NCBI GenBank assembly: GCA_950097015.1
Contig: CATNEN010000027.1
Coordinates: 434,001 to 498,000 of the forward strand
Length of the DNA: 64,000 nucleotides
Direction of reading: 5' to 3'
Source: Macrostomum hystrix
Lineage: Eukaryota > Animalia > Platyhelminthes
Position 1 is the stretch's first letter, and each line of letters begins with the position of its first letter. This document shows, piece after piece, positions 22,408-34,721 of this stretch. The notes beneath the pieces were generated by a model, which worked only from the letters and a program-made list of their open reading frames with translations, did no database searches and was not told the DNA's origin. Both the position numbers and the translations under genes were made by a program.

Positions 22408-23664
22408 TTTTCAACCTTCTAACATCTTTCCCATTGACTATTGCCCCCTCCAACTCCTGAACATTATGACTCGTCTCTAATTCCTTTATTCATGTAATTC
22501 GGATCATTTTAGATTCGACTAGCTTAGACTGAAATGAGAATGCGTTAATTGTAGATCTCAATTCCCTTATTACTACTCAGTTTATTATTTTTAATCCCTT
22601 ATTATTCGCTCTGACAAAAAGTTCTTGCATTCCCAAACAATGAACACGATTACTACTATAACCGAATGCCAATTAATGAATTATGCGTTGCGCTAATTCA
22701 TAGGATGTGACAATTTTAAAAGCGGTCTTATATTTTTCATGTTTTTGTTGATGTTTTTTGTTCTCCACCTGTGACCAGTTTTTATTATCCTTCTAATTGA
22801 CTACCTAAATGGTTTACCGTTTGGCTTTATATAGTTCTTCAGCTAAAAGAAAAGTGTTTTCATAGACAATTATACTTTTTCATCACGTAGTAGTTTCATG
22901 ACCTAAAAGGGAAATGAAATGACCCGAATTTATATTATAAAGAAACAGTTTTTATACTTCATAAATTTCTTCTTGGCTTATTTTTTAACGGCAACAAGGA
23001 AATCAGAATGCTAAACTAAATTTCTAACCTTGCGGCGATCAAGCTACAACGCTCAAGCGTGCAGATAACGCCTGTCTATGGTAAAACCCTATGTAATTGT
23101 AAAACATTTCGAAATTTACTTTCTAACCCCGATGTACATTTTACACGACTAACCCCCGAATTCCTCCCCCTCATGTACATCCTTTTCACGGCCTGTACAT
23201 TCGCTTATATACCTCAAGCTTTAGTAGCCTCGTGTGCTTAGAGCTTCTAACTTCTGAATTAGAAGTTAGGGGTTCAATGATGTGCAGAAGTTAATTTTGA
23301 AGTATTTTATTATTGATTTAGTGCGTCGTTTTCGTCTCCCGCGGGATCCTGGCAATTTTCTCCCACCTCTTATCTGTTGTGTAGATAATCCGCTCCCACG
23401 GATTATTCCTAGGAAGATTCCTAAGAAATGAGATTTACCGGCACAGTTCGTTTTCGCTTTCAATTTCATCCGGGGCCACATTCTCCTTTTACACCAATTG
23501 GGATTCTTGAGATGACAGCGAAGACTCAATCTATGGACTGGGGATAATTTGCATATCAGGCAAGTTCCCGTCGTGAACTCAATCTATTAACATTTCTCAG
23601 GCAGCGATGGATGCAGAAGTTCTTTAACGCTTTCAATTGCTGGCTGAGAAAAGATGGCTTCGTA

Positions 23665-24900
23665 TATCTTTGAGAACTATTCTATCTCACACTGCCTATC
23701 TTTGAGACCGATTCTATCCCACATTGTCTGTCTTTGAGACGGATTCTATCCCGCACTGTCATCTTTTAGACCTATTCTATACCACATTGTATCTGTCTTT
23801 GAGACCGATTCTATCCCACACTGTCTGTCTTTGAGACCTATTCTATCCCGCACTGTCTGTCTTTGAGACCTATTCTATCCCACACTGTCTGTCTTTGAGA
23901 CCTATTCAATCCCATACTGTATCTGTCTTTGAGACCTATTCTATCCCACACTGTCTGTCTTTGAGACCTATTCTATCCCACACTGTCTGTCTTTGAGACC
24001 TATTCTATCCCACACTGTCTGTCTTTGAGACAGATTCTATCCCACACTGTCTGTCTTTGAGACGGATTCTATCCCACACTGTCTGTCTTTGAGACCTATT
24101 CTATCCCACACTGTCTGTCTTTGAGACGGATTCTATCCCACACTGTTTGTCTTTGAGACCTATTCTATCCCACACTGTCTGTCTTTGAGACAGATTCTAT
24201 CCCACACTGTCTGTCTTTGAGACGGATTCTATCCCACACTGTTTATCTTTGAGACCTATTCTATCCCACACCGTCTGTCATTGAGACGGATTCTATCCCA
24301 CACTGTCTATCTTTGAGACGGATTCTATCCCGCACTGTCTATCTTTGAGACCTATTCTATCCCATACTGTCTCTGTCTTTGAGACCTACTCTATCCCACA
24401 CTGTATCTGTCTTTGAGACCTATTCTATCCCACACTGTCTGTCTTTGAGACCTATTCTATCCCACACTGTATCTGTCTTTGAGACCGATTCTATCCCATG
24501 CTGTATCTGTCTTTGAGACCTATTCTATCCCATGCTGTATCTGTCTTTGAGACCGATTCTATCCCATGCTGTATCTGTCTTTGAGACCTATTCTATCCCA
24601 TGCTGTATCTGTCTTTAAGACCTATTCTATCCCATGCTGTATCTGTCTTTGAGACCTATTCTATCCCATGCTGTATCTGTCTTTGAGACCGATTCTATCC
24701 CATGCTGTATCTGTCTTTGAGACCTATTCTATCCCATGCTGTATCTGTCTTTGAGACCTATTCTATCCCATGCTGTATCTGTCTTTGAGACCCATTCTAT
24801 CCCATGCTGTATCTGTCTTTGAGACCTATTCTATCCCATGCTGTATCTGTCTTTGAGACCTATTCTATCACATACTGTATCTGTCTTTGAGACCGATTCT
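23665..24900. repeat. 32/34-bp minisatellite (GTCTTTGAGACCTATTCTATCCCACACTGTCT, then a ..CCATGCTGTATCT variant)
   Basis: Tandem units; unit variant switches near 24480. Confidence 0.97.
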
Positions 24901-25384
24901 ATTGCTTTAAAAACTCTATTAACTCAGCTCGTATGTGAAACTGAAAAATTGAGGTCAAGATAATTTTTTTACTTCTTGCCTACTTACAGTACGAGCGTAG
25001 TGCGAAATTCAATCACACATTCTTTAGTTTTTTTATTTCGGTATTTCAATGGAACTCTATGTTAGGAAATATTGTAGGCATTCTAATCTATTCAAACTAT
25101 CTAGATCAACAACGATGGAAGATAAACTGTGAGCGCGAGAAGGAGCAGTTTACATTAAAAAGCAGATTAATTTTAAAAGCAAGAAGTGCAAAAATCATGA
25201 GCATACTACTTAGTGAAAATGGATCTAATTTACATGCAATGCACTTCGGACTCGTGACTATGGATTAATAAACGATTATATTAGCAATAGTAACGTCTAC
25301 TAGTGTTCGTAGTAGTAGTAGTACTAACGTAATTATAGTACTACTTGACTAAGGCATTCATGAACACAAACTCTGATGTCACTG

Positions 25385-25450
25385 CCTCCACAGATCCACG
25401 GCGCTGATCATTGCTGTTCAGTCCATGGACTGGAGGGGCCCACACCACGC
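25385..25450 (-). mobile_element. SINE family A 3' fragment (copy 5)
   Basis: CTGTTCAGTCCATGGACTGGAGGGGCCCACACC resembles 426-460. Confidence 0.55.
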
Positions 25451-25493
25451 ACTAATTTCTAATTGAAGAGTTGTGGAACACCTTTGCGGCGCA

Positions 25494-28400
25494 TCAGAAG
25501 AACTGCTCCCGGCTCTGCAGGCAGCGTCGCTCAGGAATCGGCGGCAGCTGACGACAGCAGGCGGAGTCGCCGCCGCCGCAAGACGTCGCCGCTGGATTTC
25601 CAGTCGGGAAGCTCACGGACTTTGGCATCGCTGCTCGACGACGACCGGCGGGTGGTCCTGCGGCGGAAGCGGCGGTTCCGGCGAAGACGGCCGACACCGC
25701 CGAGTCGTCGTCGAAATCTTCGTCGGCGAGGGCTTCGCAGGACTCGCCCGCTCCGCTCAGCGCCGTGTTCAAGGTGTCGCTGGAGTCCCACTGGCTGGCG
25801 TTCTTGGCCCCGGCGCCAGACAGGTAAAGCGAGGCTGTCGAGCGACGCCCGCCGCCGCCGATGCTGAGGGAGCGCTGAGCGCAGCGCATTGTCTCCAGTC
25901 GCTTGCACAGGTGCAAGTTCTCAGTCTTGAGCTGTTGGAACATGTCCACTAGGCGGTCGAACTCCTCCTGGATCATTTCAGAACGGTTGAGCCGCTGAAG
26001 TGCCGTCTGTTTGGAAAGCTTTTGCGCTATCTGCTGCTAATTAGGGAGCGGCTGATGGAGCAGAGAGCGGATTAGGGAGCGGAGAATGGAGAAGACAGCG
26101 GATTAGGGAGCGGAGAGTGGAGAAGACAGTGGATTAGGGGGCGGAGAATGGAGAAGACAGCGGATTAGGGAGCGGAGAGTGGAGAAGACAGTGGGTTAGG
26201 GAGCGGAGAGTGGAGAAGACAGCGGATTAGAGAGCGGAGAGTGGAGAAGACAGCGGATTAGGGAGCGAAGAGAGCGCAAAGGAAGCGCAAACGGAAGTTG
26301 AGATGATGTGGACAATGCGAAGACAATAGTTTATGAGACCTGCACTTCTAGTGACGTAAAGCAACATAGTCTGCAAATTTCTGCTTTTATTATTAGCTTT
26401 CCGTGTAGTCAGCGCCACCTGCGGAAGCACTTCAGTGCCTCGCGTTTTTTTCAACAAAAGCTAACAGACAATTTCTACAAAAAAGCTGGCAGACTGCATT
26501 TGAGGAAAACGCATTATCAATAAAATTGCAAAAATTCTAATGCACCCATCTTGCTTCCCCCCACCAGCTTCCTATTATGCCATTGTGCGGCATTGTTTGG
26601 TATTTTTCTGTCCTATAGTCTCCACTAATCCGACACAAAATTGAACTAAAATGAGAAGCCTGCCTATCAATTCTCCACACAAATTCCCATTTTAAAAAGG
26701 AAAAAAACGAAGCGGAATTTTTTTCAAAGTACATTTATTATATTTAGTTCTACTCCATCCTCCGCTCCCCAATCCGCCCTCTGCTCCATCCTCCGCTTCC
26801 CAATCCGTTCTCTGCTCCATCCTCCGCTTCCTAATCCGTTCTCTGCTCCATCCTCCGCTCCCCAATCCGCTCTCTGCTCCATCCTCCGCTCCCTAATCCG
26901 CCCTCTGCTCCATCCTCCGCTCCCTAATCCGCCCTCTGCTCCATCCTCCGCTTCCTAATCCGCTCTCTGCTCCATCCTCCGCTCCCCAATCCGCTCTCTG
27001 CTCCATCCTCCGCTCCCCAATCCGCTCTCTGCTCCATCCTCCGGTCCCTAATCCGCTCTCAGCTCCATCCTCCGCTTCCTAATCCGTTCTCTGCTCCATC
27101 CTCCGCTCCCCAATCCGCTCTCTGCTCCATCCTCCGCTCCCCAATCCGCTCTCTGCTCCATCCTCCGGTCCCTAATCCGCTCTCAGCTCCATCCTCCGCT
27201 TCCTAATCCGTTCTCTGCTCCATCCTCCGCTCCCCAATCCGCTCTCTGCTCCATCCTCCGCTCCCCAATCCGCTCTCTGCTCCATCCTCCGCTCCCTAAT
27301 CCGCTCTCAGCTCCATCCTCCGCTTCCTAATCCGTTCTCTGCTCCATCCTCCGCTCCCCAATCCGCTCTCTGCTCCATCCTCCGGTCCCTAATCCGCTCT
27401 CAGCTCCATCCTCCGCTTCCTAATCCGCTCTCTGCTCCATCCTCCGCTTCCTAATCCGTTCTCTGCTCCATCCTCCGCTTCCTAATCCGTTCTCTGCTCC
27501 ATCCTCCGCTCCCCAATCCGCTCTCTGCTCCATCCTCCGCTCCCTAATCCGCCCTCTGCTCCATCCTCCGCTCCCTAATCCGCCCTCTGCTCCATCCTCC
27601 GCTTCCTAATCCGCTCTCTGCTCCATCCTCCGCTCCCCAATCCGCTCTCTGCTCCATCCTCCGCTCCCCAATCCGCTCTCTGCTCCATCCTCCGGTCCCT
27701 AATCCGCTCTCTGCTCCATCCTCCGCTCCCCAATCCGCTCTCTGCTCCATCCTCCGCTCCCTAATCCGCCCTCTGCTCCATCCTCCGCTCCCTAATCCGC
27801 CCTCTGCTCCATCCTCCGCTTCCTAATCCGCTCTCTGCTCCATCCTCCGCTCCCCAATCCGCTCTCTGCTCCATCCTCCGCTCCCCAATCCGCTCTCTGC
27901 TCCATCCTCCGGTCCCTAATCCGCTCTCAGCTCCATCCTCCGCTTCCTAATCCGTTCTCTGCTCCATCCTCCGCTCCCCAATCCGCTCTCTGCTCCATCC
28001 TCCGCTCCCCAATCCGCTCTCTGCTCCATCCTCCGGTCCCTAATCCGCTCTCAGCTCCATCCTCCGCTTCCTAATCCGTTCTCTGCTCCATCCTCCGCTC
28101 CCCAATCCGCTCTCTGCTCCATCCTCCGCTCCCCAATCCGCTCTCTGCTCCATCCTCCGCTCCCTAATCCGCTCTCAGCTCCATCCTCCGCTTCCTAATC
28201 CGTTCTCTGCTCCATCCTCCGCTCCCCAATCCGCTCTCTGCTCCATCCTCCGGTCCCTAATCCGCTCTCAGCTCCATCCTCCGCTTCCTAATCCGCTCTC
28301 TGCTCCATCCTCCGCTTCCTAATCCGTTCTCTGCTCCATCCTCCGCTTCCTAATCCGTTCTCTGCTCCATCCTCCGCTCCCCAATCCGCTCTCTGCTCCA

Positions 28401-31400
28401 TCCTCCGCTCCCTAATCCGCCCTCTGCTCCATCCTCCGCTCCCTAATCCGCCCTCTGCTCCATCCTCCGCTTCCTAATCCGCTCTCTGCTCCATCCTCCG
28501 CTCCCCAATCCGCTCTCTGCTCCATCCTCCGCTCCCCAATCCGCTCTCTGCTCCATCCTCCGGTCCCTAATCCGCTCTCAGCTCCATCCTCCGCTTCCTA
28601 ATCCGTTCTCTGCTCCATCCTCCGCTCCCCAATCCGCTCTCTGCTCCATCCTCCGCTCCCCAATCCGCTCTCTGCTCCATCCTCCGGTCCCTAATCCGCT
28701 CTCAGCTCCATCCTCCGCTTCCTAATCCGTTCTCTGCTCCATCCTCCGCTCCCCAATCCGCTCTCTGCTCCATCCTCCGCTCCCCAATCCGCTCTCTGCT
28801 CCATCCTCCGGTCCCTAATCCGCCCTGTGCTCCATCCTCCGCTCCCTAATCCACCCTCTGCTCCATCCTCCGCTCCCCAATCCGCTCTCTGCTCCATCCT
28901 CCGCTCCCCAATCCGCTCTCTGCTCCATCCTCCGCTCCCTAATCCGCCCTCTGCTCCATCCTCCGCTTCCTAATCCGTTCTCTGCTCCATCCCCCGCTCC
29001 CCAATCCGCTCTCTGCTCCATCCTCCGCTCCCTAATCCGCTCTCTGCTCCATCCTCCGGTCCCTAATCCGCTCTCTGCTCCATCCTCCGGTCCCTAATCC
29101 GCTCTCAGCTCCATCCTCCGCTTCCTAATCCGTTCTCTGCTCCATCCTCCGCTCCCTAATCCGCTCTCAGCTCCATCCCCCGCTCCCCAATCCGCTCTCA
29201 GCTCCATCCCCCGCTCCCCAATCCGCTCTCAGCTCCTCTCCCGCCCACATTACAACCGCCGTTTTCACTTCTCTTGGATTCTTATCTAGATTAAAATTTA
29301 TTTTTCGATAGCACCAGCCTCTCTCACCTCTGTGTAGCCTTTGAAAACTTCAACATGAGTCCCACTGGGCTCTTGAATGCCGACAGCAGCTGTCTCAACT
29401 GCCAACGGCTGCTGTTGCTGTTGCTGCGGCTGCTGCTGCTGCTGATGGTGCAGCCGCTGGTGCTCGTGGAATGGCGACAAGACCAGCTGACCGCAGGGCA
29501 CGCATTTCATGCTGACTATGCGACCACTGTTGCTCACGCAAACATCCACTCGGTGAGTTGCCGACCCACCTGCGATGTCAGACACCGGGATGCTGATCTC
29601 CTCGTAACCGCTGCGGATCTGCAACAGCTGATTAAGGGTCGGGAGCACGCAGGTAAAAAAGTACAGGTAAAATAGGTCAAAGGTAAAAAATGACGGTAAT
29701 TATCGCCAACCCCAAGCCGACAAGGTTCGGGCTGTGGCCATAATTAGCGCCCACCCCAAGTCTATCAGGTAGGCTTAGGTAAGGGTCCTTAATTAGCGCC
29801 CAACTCAAGCCTATAAGGTGGGGTCAGGTGAGGGTTGCGACCTTAATTAGCGCCCACCCCAAGACTATCAGGTGGGGTCAGGTGAGGGTTGCGACTTTAA
29901 TTAGCGCCCACCCCAAGACTATCAGGTGGGGTCAGGTGAGGGTTGCGTCCTTAATTAGCCCCCACCCCAAGACTATCAGGTGGGGTCAGGTGAGGCTTGC
30001 GTCCTTAATTAGCCCCCACCCCAAGACTATCAGGTGGGGTCAGGTGAGGCTTGCGTCCTTAATTAGCCCCCACCCCAAGACTATCAGGTGGGGTCAGGTG
30101 AGGGTTGCGTCCTTAAGTATCACCAACCTGAAGGCGATTAAGCGGATGAAAGATAGGGCTGTTGTAAACGCTTGCAAAAAAGACTTTTATCAGTTTCAGA
30201 AGGGACGACTATTTTTAGAAAGAAAACTGGAAACAGCAAGCACTTGGCCTACTTCATCCGAAAAAATATTCCCCTTTGCCAGCTCAAACTGTTAGGGGTG
30301 ACTTCCCAAACAGTCCGAGCGAAATAATTTCCCAATATACTCGTATAGGAAATAATCTCCCAAATCCTCATTTTTTGCAAGGCGCAGGCGCTGAAGCGTG
30401 TATTGCCTCCAGGTGGGCACCAGGTGGGCACCTGAGAGGGGATTAAATTAGTCAATTTGTTATAATACCTGCTGCGCGGCCGAATTCCCCCACTCGCCAA
30501 CCCCGATCTCACCCGGGTCTTTTCACTCTCCATCGCCCACGCCCAGTAAGTCCCGGCTGTGCTGTGAGTATAAATACAAACTGATCGAACATATAAGACC
30601 AGACAGACTCAGAAGCATGCTCTCACACGGGTCCACCTGCTGCCTGAGTGTGACTACATGCGTTTTGTTTTCCTGCGACAAAAGGCTTGGATGACTCCGT
30701 AGCTGAGTCTTCTGCTACGATTCTACACACTATTCCTGCTACGATTCTAGCTCTGATTCCTGCTACGATTCTAGCTCTGATTCCTGCTACGATTCTAGCT
30801 CTGATTCCTGCTACGATTCTAGCTCTGATTCCTGCTACGATTCTAGCTCTGATTCCTGCTACGATTCTAGCTCTGATTCCTGCTACGATTCTAGCTCTGA
30901 TTCCTGCTACGATTCTTGTTCTGATTCCTGCTACGATTCTAGCTCTGATTACTGCTACGATTCTAGCTCTGATTCCTGCTACGATTCTAGCTCTGATTAC
31001 TGCTACGATTCTAGCTCTGATTCCTGCTACGATTCTAGCTCTGATTACTGCTACGATTCTAGCTCTGATTCCTGCTACGATTCTAGCTCTGATTCCTGCT
31101 ACGATTCTAGCTCTGATTCCTGCTACGATTCTAGCTCTGATTCCTGCTACGATTCTAGCTCTGATTCCTGCTACGATTCTAGCTCTGATTACTGCTACGA
31201 TTCTTGCTCTGATTCCTGCTACGATTCTAGCTCTGATTCCTGCTACGATTCTAGCTCTGATTCCTGCTACGATTCTAGCTCTGATTCTTGCTCGTAAAAA
31301 TTTTTCTCCAGATAATTTCTTCATGGTAGACACCCAGTTGCAAATGAGCTAATTAAAATAATGCCTTATCTTCTGCTTCTAGGCAGCCGATGTGTTGTAC

Positions 31401-34400
31401 CTGAAGCATTCCTCAGGTGCTATAAGATACATATCCCAAGCTAATTAGTGGGCCCTACTGATTGACACATAGTGAAGTCATCCAGCAACGAAAGTAACTA
31501 CTGTATTAAATTTCTTCATTTCCAACTGACGGAAAAGCTAAAATATAGACAGAGTGACATAGGCATAATTATTGTCCCTAATGACGAGTACAGCTCGCTG
31601 TTGTCGAAGGGAATCGGAGGAAAATAAATAGAAAATAGATACGAGATAGACACGACATAACTAGAGATAGATAAAATAGATGTGGGTCGATAACGCATAG
31701 ATTATTTCGGGGCAGATCGATAAGAAAATCTTAAGGAAAGGTCGGGGGTTCGAATCCCAGCCAAAGTTCAGCATCAATAAGTTGAAAAGCATGACTGACA
31801 GACAAACTCACCTGCTGCAGCACAAACACCAGCTGAACAGATGTCACAACGAGCTCGGTGAACAGGAATGCAGCCATCTTGGCGTAGTCAGCTGGCATGC
31901 CGGTTTGTCGAGTCATCAGACTGGTTAAAAGTAGGCAAATATTGTTGGTGTTTTATCTGCCTGGAGAACCCACTGGTCAACCGCATTCTAATATTTTATC
32001 TGTTCCATTATATACACCAGCGTTATCACACCTCTAACCAAGCTTACACACACCTCAACCCACCGCCGACTTTCACACCTCCACCCACCCCGACTTTCAC
32101 ACCTCCACCCACCCCGACTTTCACACCTCCACCCACCCCGACTTTCACACCTCCACCCACCCCGACTTTCACACCTCCACCCACCCCGACTTTCACATCT
32201 ACACCCACCCCGACTTTCACACCTCCACCCACCCCGACTTCCACACTTCCGTCCACCCCGACTTTCACACCTCCACCCACCCCGACTTTCACACCTCCAC
32301 CCACCCCGACTTTCACACCTCCACCCACCCCGACTTTCACATCTACACCCACCCCGACTTTCACACCTCCACCCACCCCGACTTCCACACTTCCGTCCAT
32401 CCCGATTTCGCAGCCATACTATACACCCTCTTCGAGAAAACTTTCAGCAATAACTTACCAGACAGCGTAAAGTGCAGGCCAGCCTAGAGCAAAGTTGTAC
32501 AGACATACCGCCGACTTCAAAGACGTGTTGTAACAGTCTGGCGCAACTCGAGAATTGTGGGCCTGCCTTAGCGACCAGAGAACGGCAATTAAATGACCTG
32601 GGTGAGTGAGTTTAGTGACAGAACTAAAAACTGTTTAGGAATCAGAGTGACAGAACTAAAAGCTGTTTAGGAATCAGAGTGACAGAACTGAATGCTGTTT
32701 AGGAATCAGAGTGACAGAACTGAATGCTGTTTAGGAATCAGAGTGACAGAAGTCAATGCTGTTTAGGAATCAGAGCTTCGAGGGACAAAAAAGTGCAGCG
32801 TGCAAAGCATCCTGTGTTAGATAAAAATATTTTCGACTTCAGTTTTAAGTTGAGCAGTTTCCATTAGGCGGCTGGCTGTGAAACAGTGTTTGTCCATTAG
32901 GGGGATTTTAGGAGCAAAGCTGAGACACGCCGGAGTTGGTAAATGGGTCGCTCAGATTCAGGGGCTCTGTGTGCGAGCTCGGATGCTGACGTCTTTGATT
33001 TCTGCGCGCCCACCGGATTGGAGAAGGGTTAGCGCGGTTTGAGCAGTTCTGCAACTCTCAGAGCTGATGCATGCAGCGACAATGTTCACAGATGCTTGGG
33101 GGGATTTCCGCAGTGGAATAAGGTCAGAATGTACTTTTGAAGCATGTGACGAGCATTTCCCTGTTATCTAATAATGCTCCGCTTTTGTCAAAAATGTTTA
33201 CAGACGCTTACCGGCACTAAGGCAACCGTCAATTGCTCCGTGAAAGCATCGCTGATGACCGATTGAGTCGGTCTCAAACCACGGCAGACGGCCGGTTAGT
33301 GACAGCGCCGTGGCTGCGGTCAGGACTCCGGTCCACAGGCCAGCCAGGCAGCTCAGCCGCTTCATCACGTGGGCATCGCTGACGTGGGTGCGCCTAAGGC
33401 GGCCGAAGTCCATGATGACGGCGACGCTGAAAATTAAAATAGGACTTATTTTTTATTTATAATTGGGTCTCATCCACCTTAAAGCCTTCCTTACACAAAC
33501 ACCCACCTCCCTCCTTACACAAACATTTACCTCACTCCATACACAAACACCCGCCCCACTCCTTACACAAACACCCACCTCACTCCTTACACAAACACCC
33601 ACCTCACTCCTTACACAAACACCCACCTCACTCCTTATACAAACACCCACCTCACTCCTTACACATACACCCGCCCCACTCCTTACACATACACCGCCCC
33701 ACTCCTTACACAAGCACCCGCCCCACTCCTTACACATACACCCTCCCGACCTCACTCCGCCAAACAGAAACCGGGCCACAATCGCAGTGGCTCACCGCCA
33801 GCAGTGCAGTCCAATGTCAGCGTATACTAGCAGGCTGCCCAGATGAAAAAACCAATGCGACAGGTGACACCCCGCTGAGCCAGTTAGCCAGGCACTAATG
33901 ATGTGCTAAAAGGTTGTAAAAATTCGAACAGAAACACTTTAGTCTTTTAAAGTGCCCAAATATTAATAGATCTTCCTTTTAATGCTCGTACTTACCGAAA
34001 GTAGCTGAAAACTGGAGCCCAAAAGCACCTGGTTAATCACCAGTTGGCCTATGGACTTGATGGCCTGAAATGTCGAATTCGGACAGAGTATAGTAAATAG
34101 AGGATAGTGGATAGGGGATAGTGGATGATGGATAGTGGATAGAGAATAGTGGATAGAGGATAGTGGATAGAGGATAGTGGATAGAGGATAGTGGATAGAG
34201 GATAGTGGATAGAGGATAGTGGATAGAGGATAGTGGATAGAGGATAGTGGATAGAGGATAGTGGATAGAGTATAGTGGATAGAGGATAGTGGATAATAAA
34301 TAATAGACAGAGGATAGTGGATAGAGGACAGTGGATAGGGGATAGTGGATGATGGATAGTGGATAGAGGATAGTGGATAGAGGATAGTGGATAGAGAATA

Positions 34401-34721
34401 GTGGATAGAGGATAGTAGAAAGTGGATAGTGGATAGTGGATAGAGGATAATAAATAATAGACAGAGGATAGGGGGTAAGTAGATCGAGGATCGAGGAAGC
34501 ATGGAGAATAGTAAAGACGCAAGAGAGGAAGGGAGAGAGGAGAGACGAGCGACGGCAGACAGTAGTTAGGGAGCCCAGCCCAGAGTCGCTTGAGTGGCCT
34601 AATAAGTTCCAAGCCAGTACATAATTTATGACTTGAAGGAGAAGTCCATGAATGAAGGCGAAAAAAGTCAGGGCGGGCATGCGGGGCACGGAGACAGCGA
34701 AAACGAGCCCTGGGAATTGAC
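25494..34721 (-). CDS. Class C GPCR, GPR158/GPR179-like (7TM + C-terminal coiled coil). Exons: 34721-(end unresolved), 34064-33996, 33905-33796, 33426-33212, 32597-32459, 31920-31812, 29627/29618-29328, about 26036-25494. Ectodomain exons not resolved
   Basis: Phase-consistent GT-AG joins give AIKSIGQLVINQVLLGSS (TM2), CHLSHWFFHLGSLLVYADIGLHCWRV (TM3), VMKRLSCLAGLWTGVL (TM4), HLIAVLWSLRQAHNSRVAPDCYNTSLKSAVCLYN (TM5-TM6), FLFTELVVTSVQLVFVL (TM7). EMIQEEFDRLVDMFQQLKTENLHLCKR resembles GPR158 EDIRDELKKLYAQLE..TNNPHLQKK. Confidence 0.78.
26040..26265. repeat. About 31-bp minisatellite GGATTAGGGAGCGGAGAGTGGAGAAGACAGC
   Basis: Tandem units; reverse-complement relative of 26750-29240. Confidence 0.95.
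26750..29240. repeat. 31-bp minisatellite (CTCCATCCTCCGCTCCCCAATCCGCTCTCTG), about 80 units, with higher-order structure
   Basis: Tandem units; variant units recur at multiples of 31. Confidence 0.98.
29720..30115. repeat. 57-bp minisatellite (CCTTAATTAGCGCCCACCCCAAGACTATCAGGTGGGGTCAGGTGAGGGTTGCG..)
   Basis: 19-codon periodicity in ORF 29828-30295. Confidence 0.93.
30705..31290. repeat. 24-bp minisatellite TTCCTGCTACGATTCTAGCTCTGA
   Basis: Tandem units. Confidence 0.97.
32055..32405. repeat. 24-bp minisatellite CCCCGACTTTCACACCTCCACCCA
   Basis: Tandem units inside a GPCR intron. Confidence 0.95.
32615..32775. repeat. 32-bp minisatellite GAGTGACAGAACTGAATGCTGTTTAGGAATCA
   Basis: About 5 tandem units. 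Confidence 0.9.
33485..33735. repeat. 24-bp minisatellite CCTTACACAAACACCCACCTCACT
   Basis: Tandem units. Confidence 0.92.
34095..34470. repeat. 14-bp minisatellite TAGTGGATAGAGGA
   Basis: Tandem units. Confidence 0.95.

Noticed and set aside
23518-23530. GCGAAGACTCAAT, matching part of the Macrostomum spliced leader as I recall it
   Set aside because: Only 13 nt, no following ATG|GT donor or Sm site, and my recollection of the SL sequence is unverified; compatible with chance.
23665-30115. Regular 30-57-bp repeats as CRISPR arrays
   Set aside because: Head-to-tail units with no unique spacers, no cas genes, eukaryotic context.
30249-30560. Extra GPCR exons (for example AHLVPTWRQYTLQRLRL..) and HLRNAS near 31400
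   Set aside because: The TM7 exon splices in phase directly to 29627/29618; these pieces lack consistent donors. Cannot be excluded as alternative exons.
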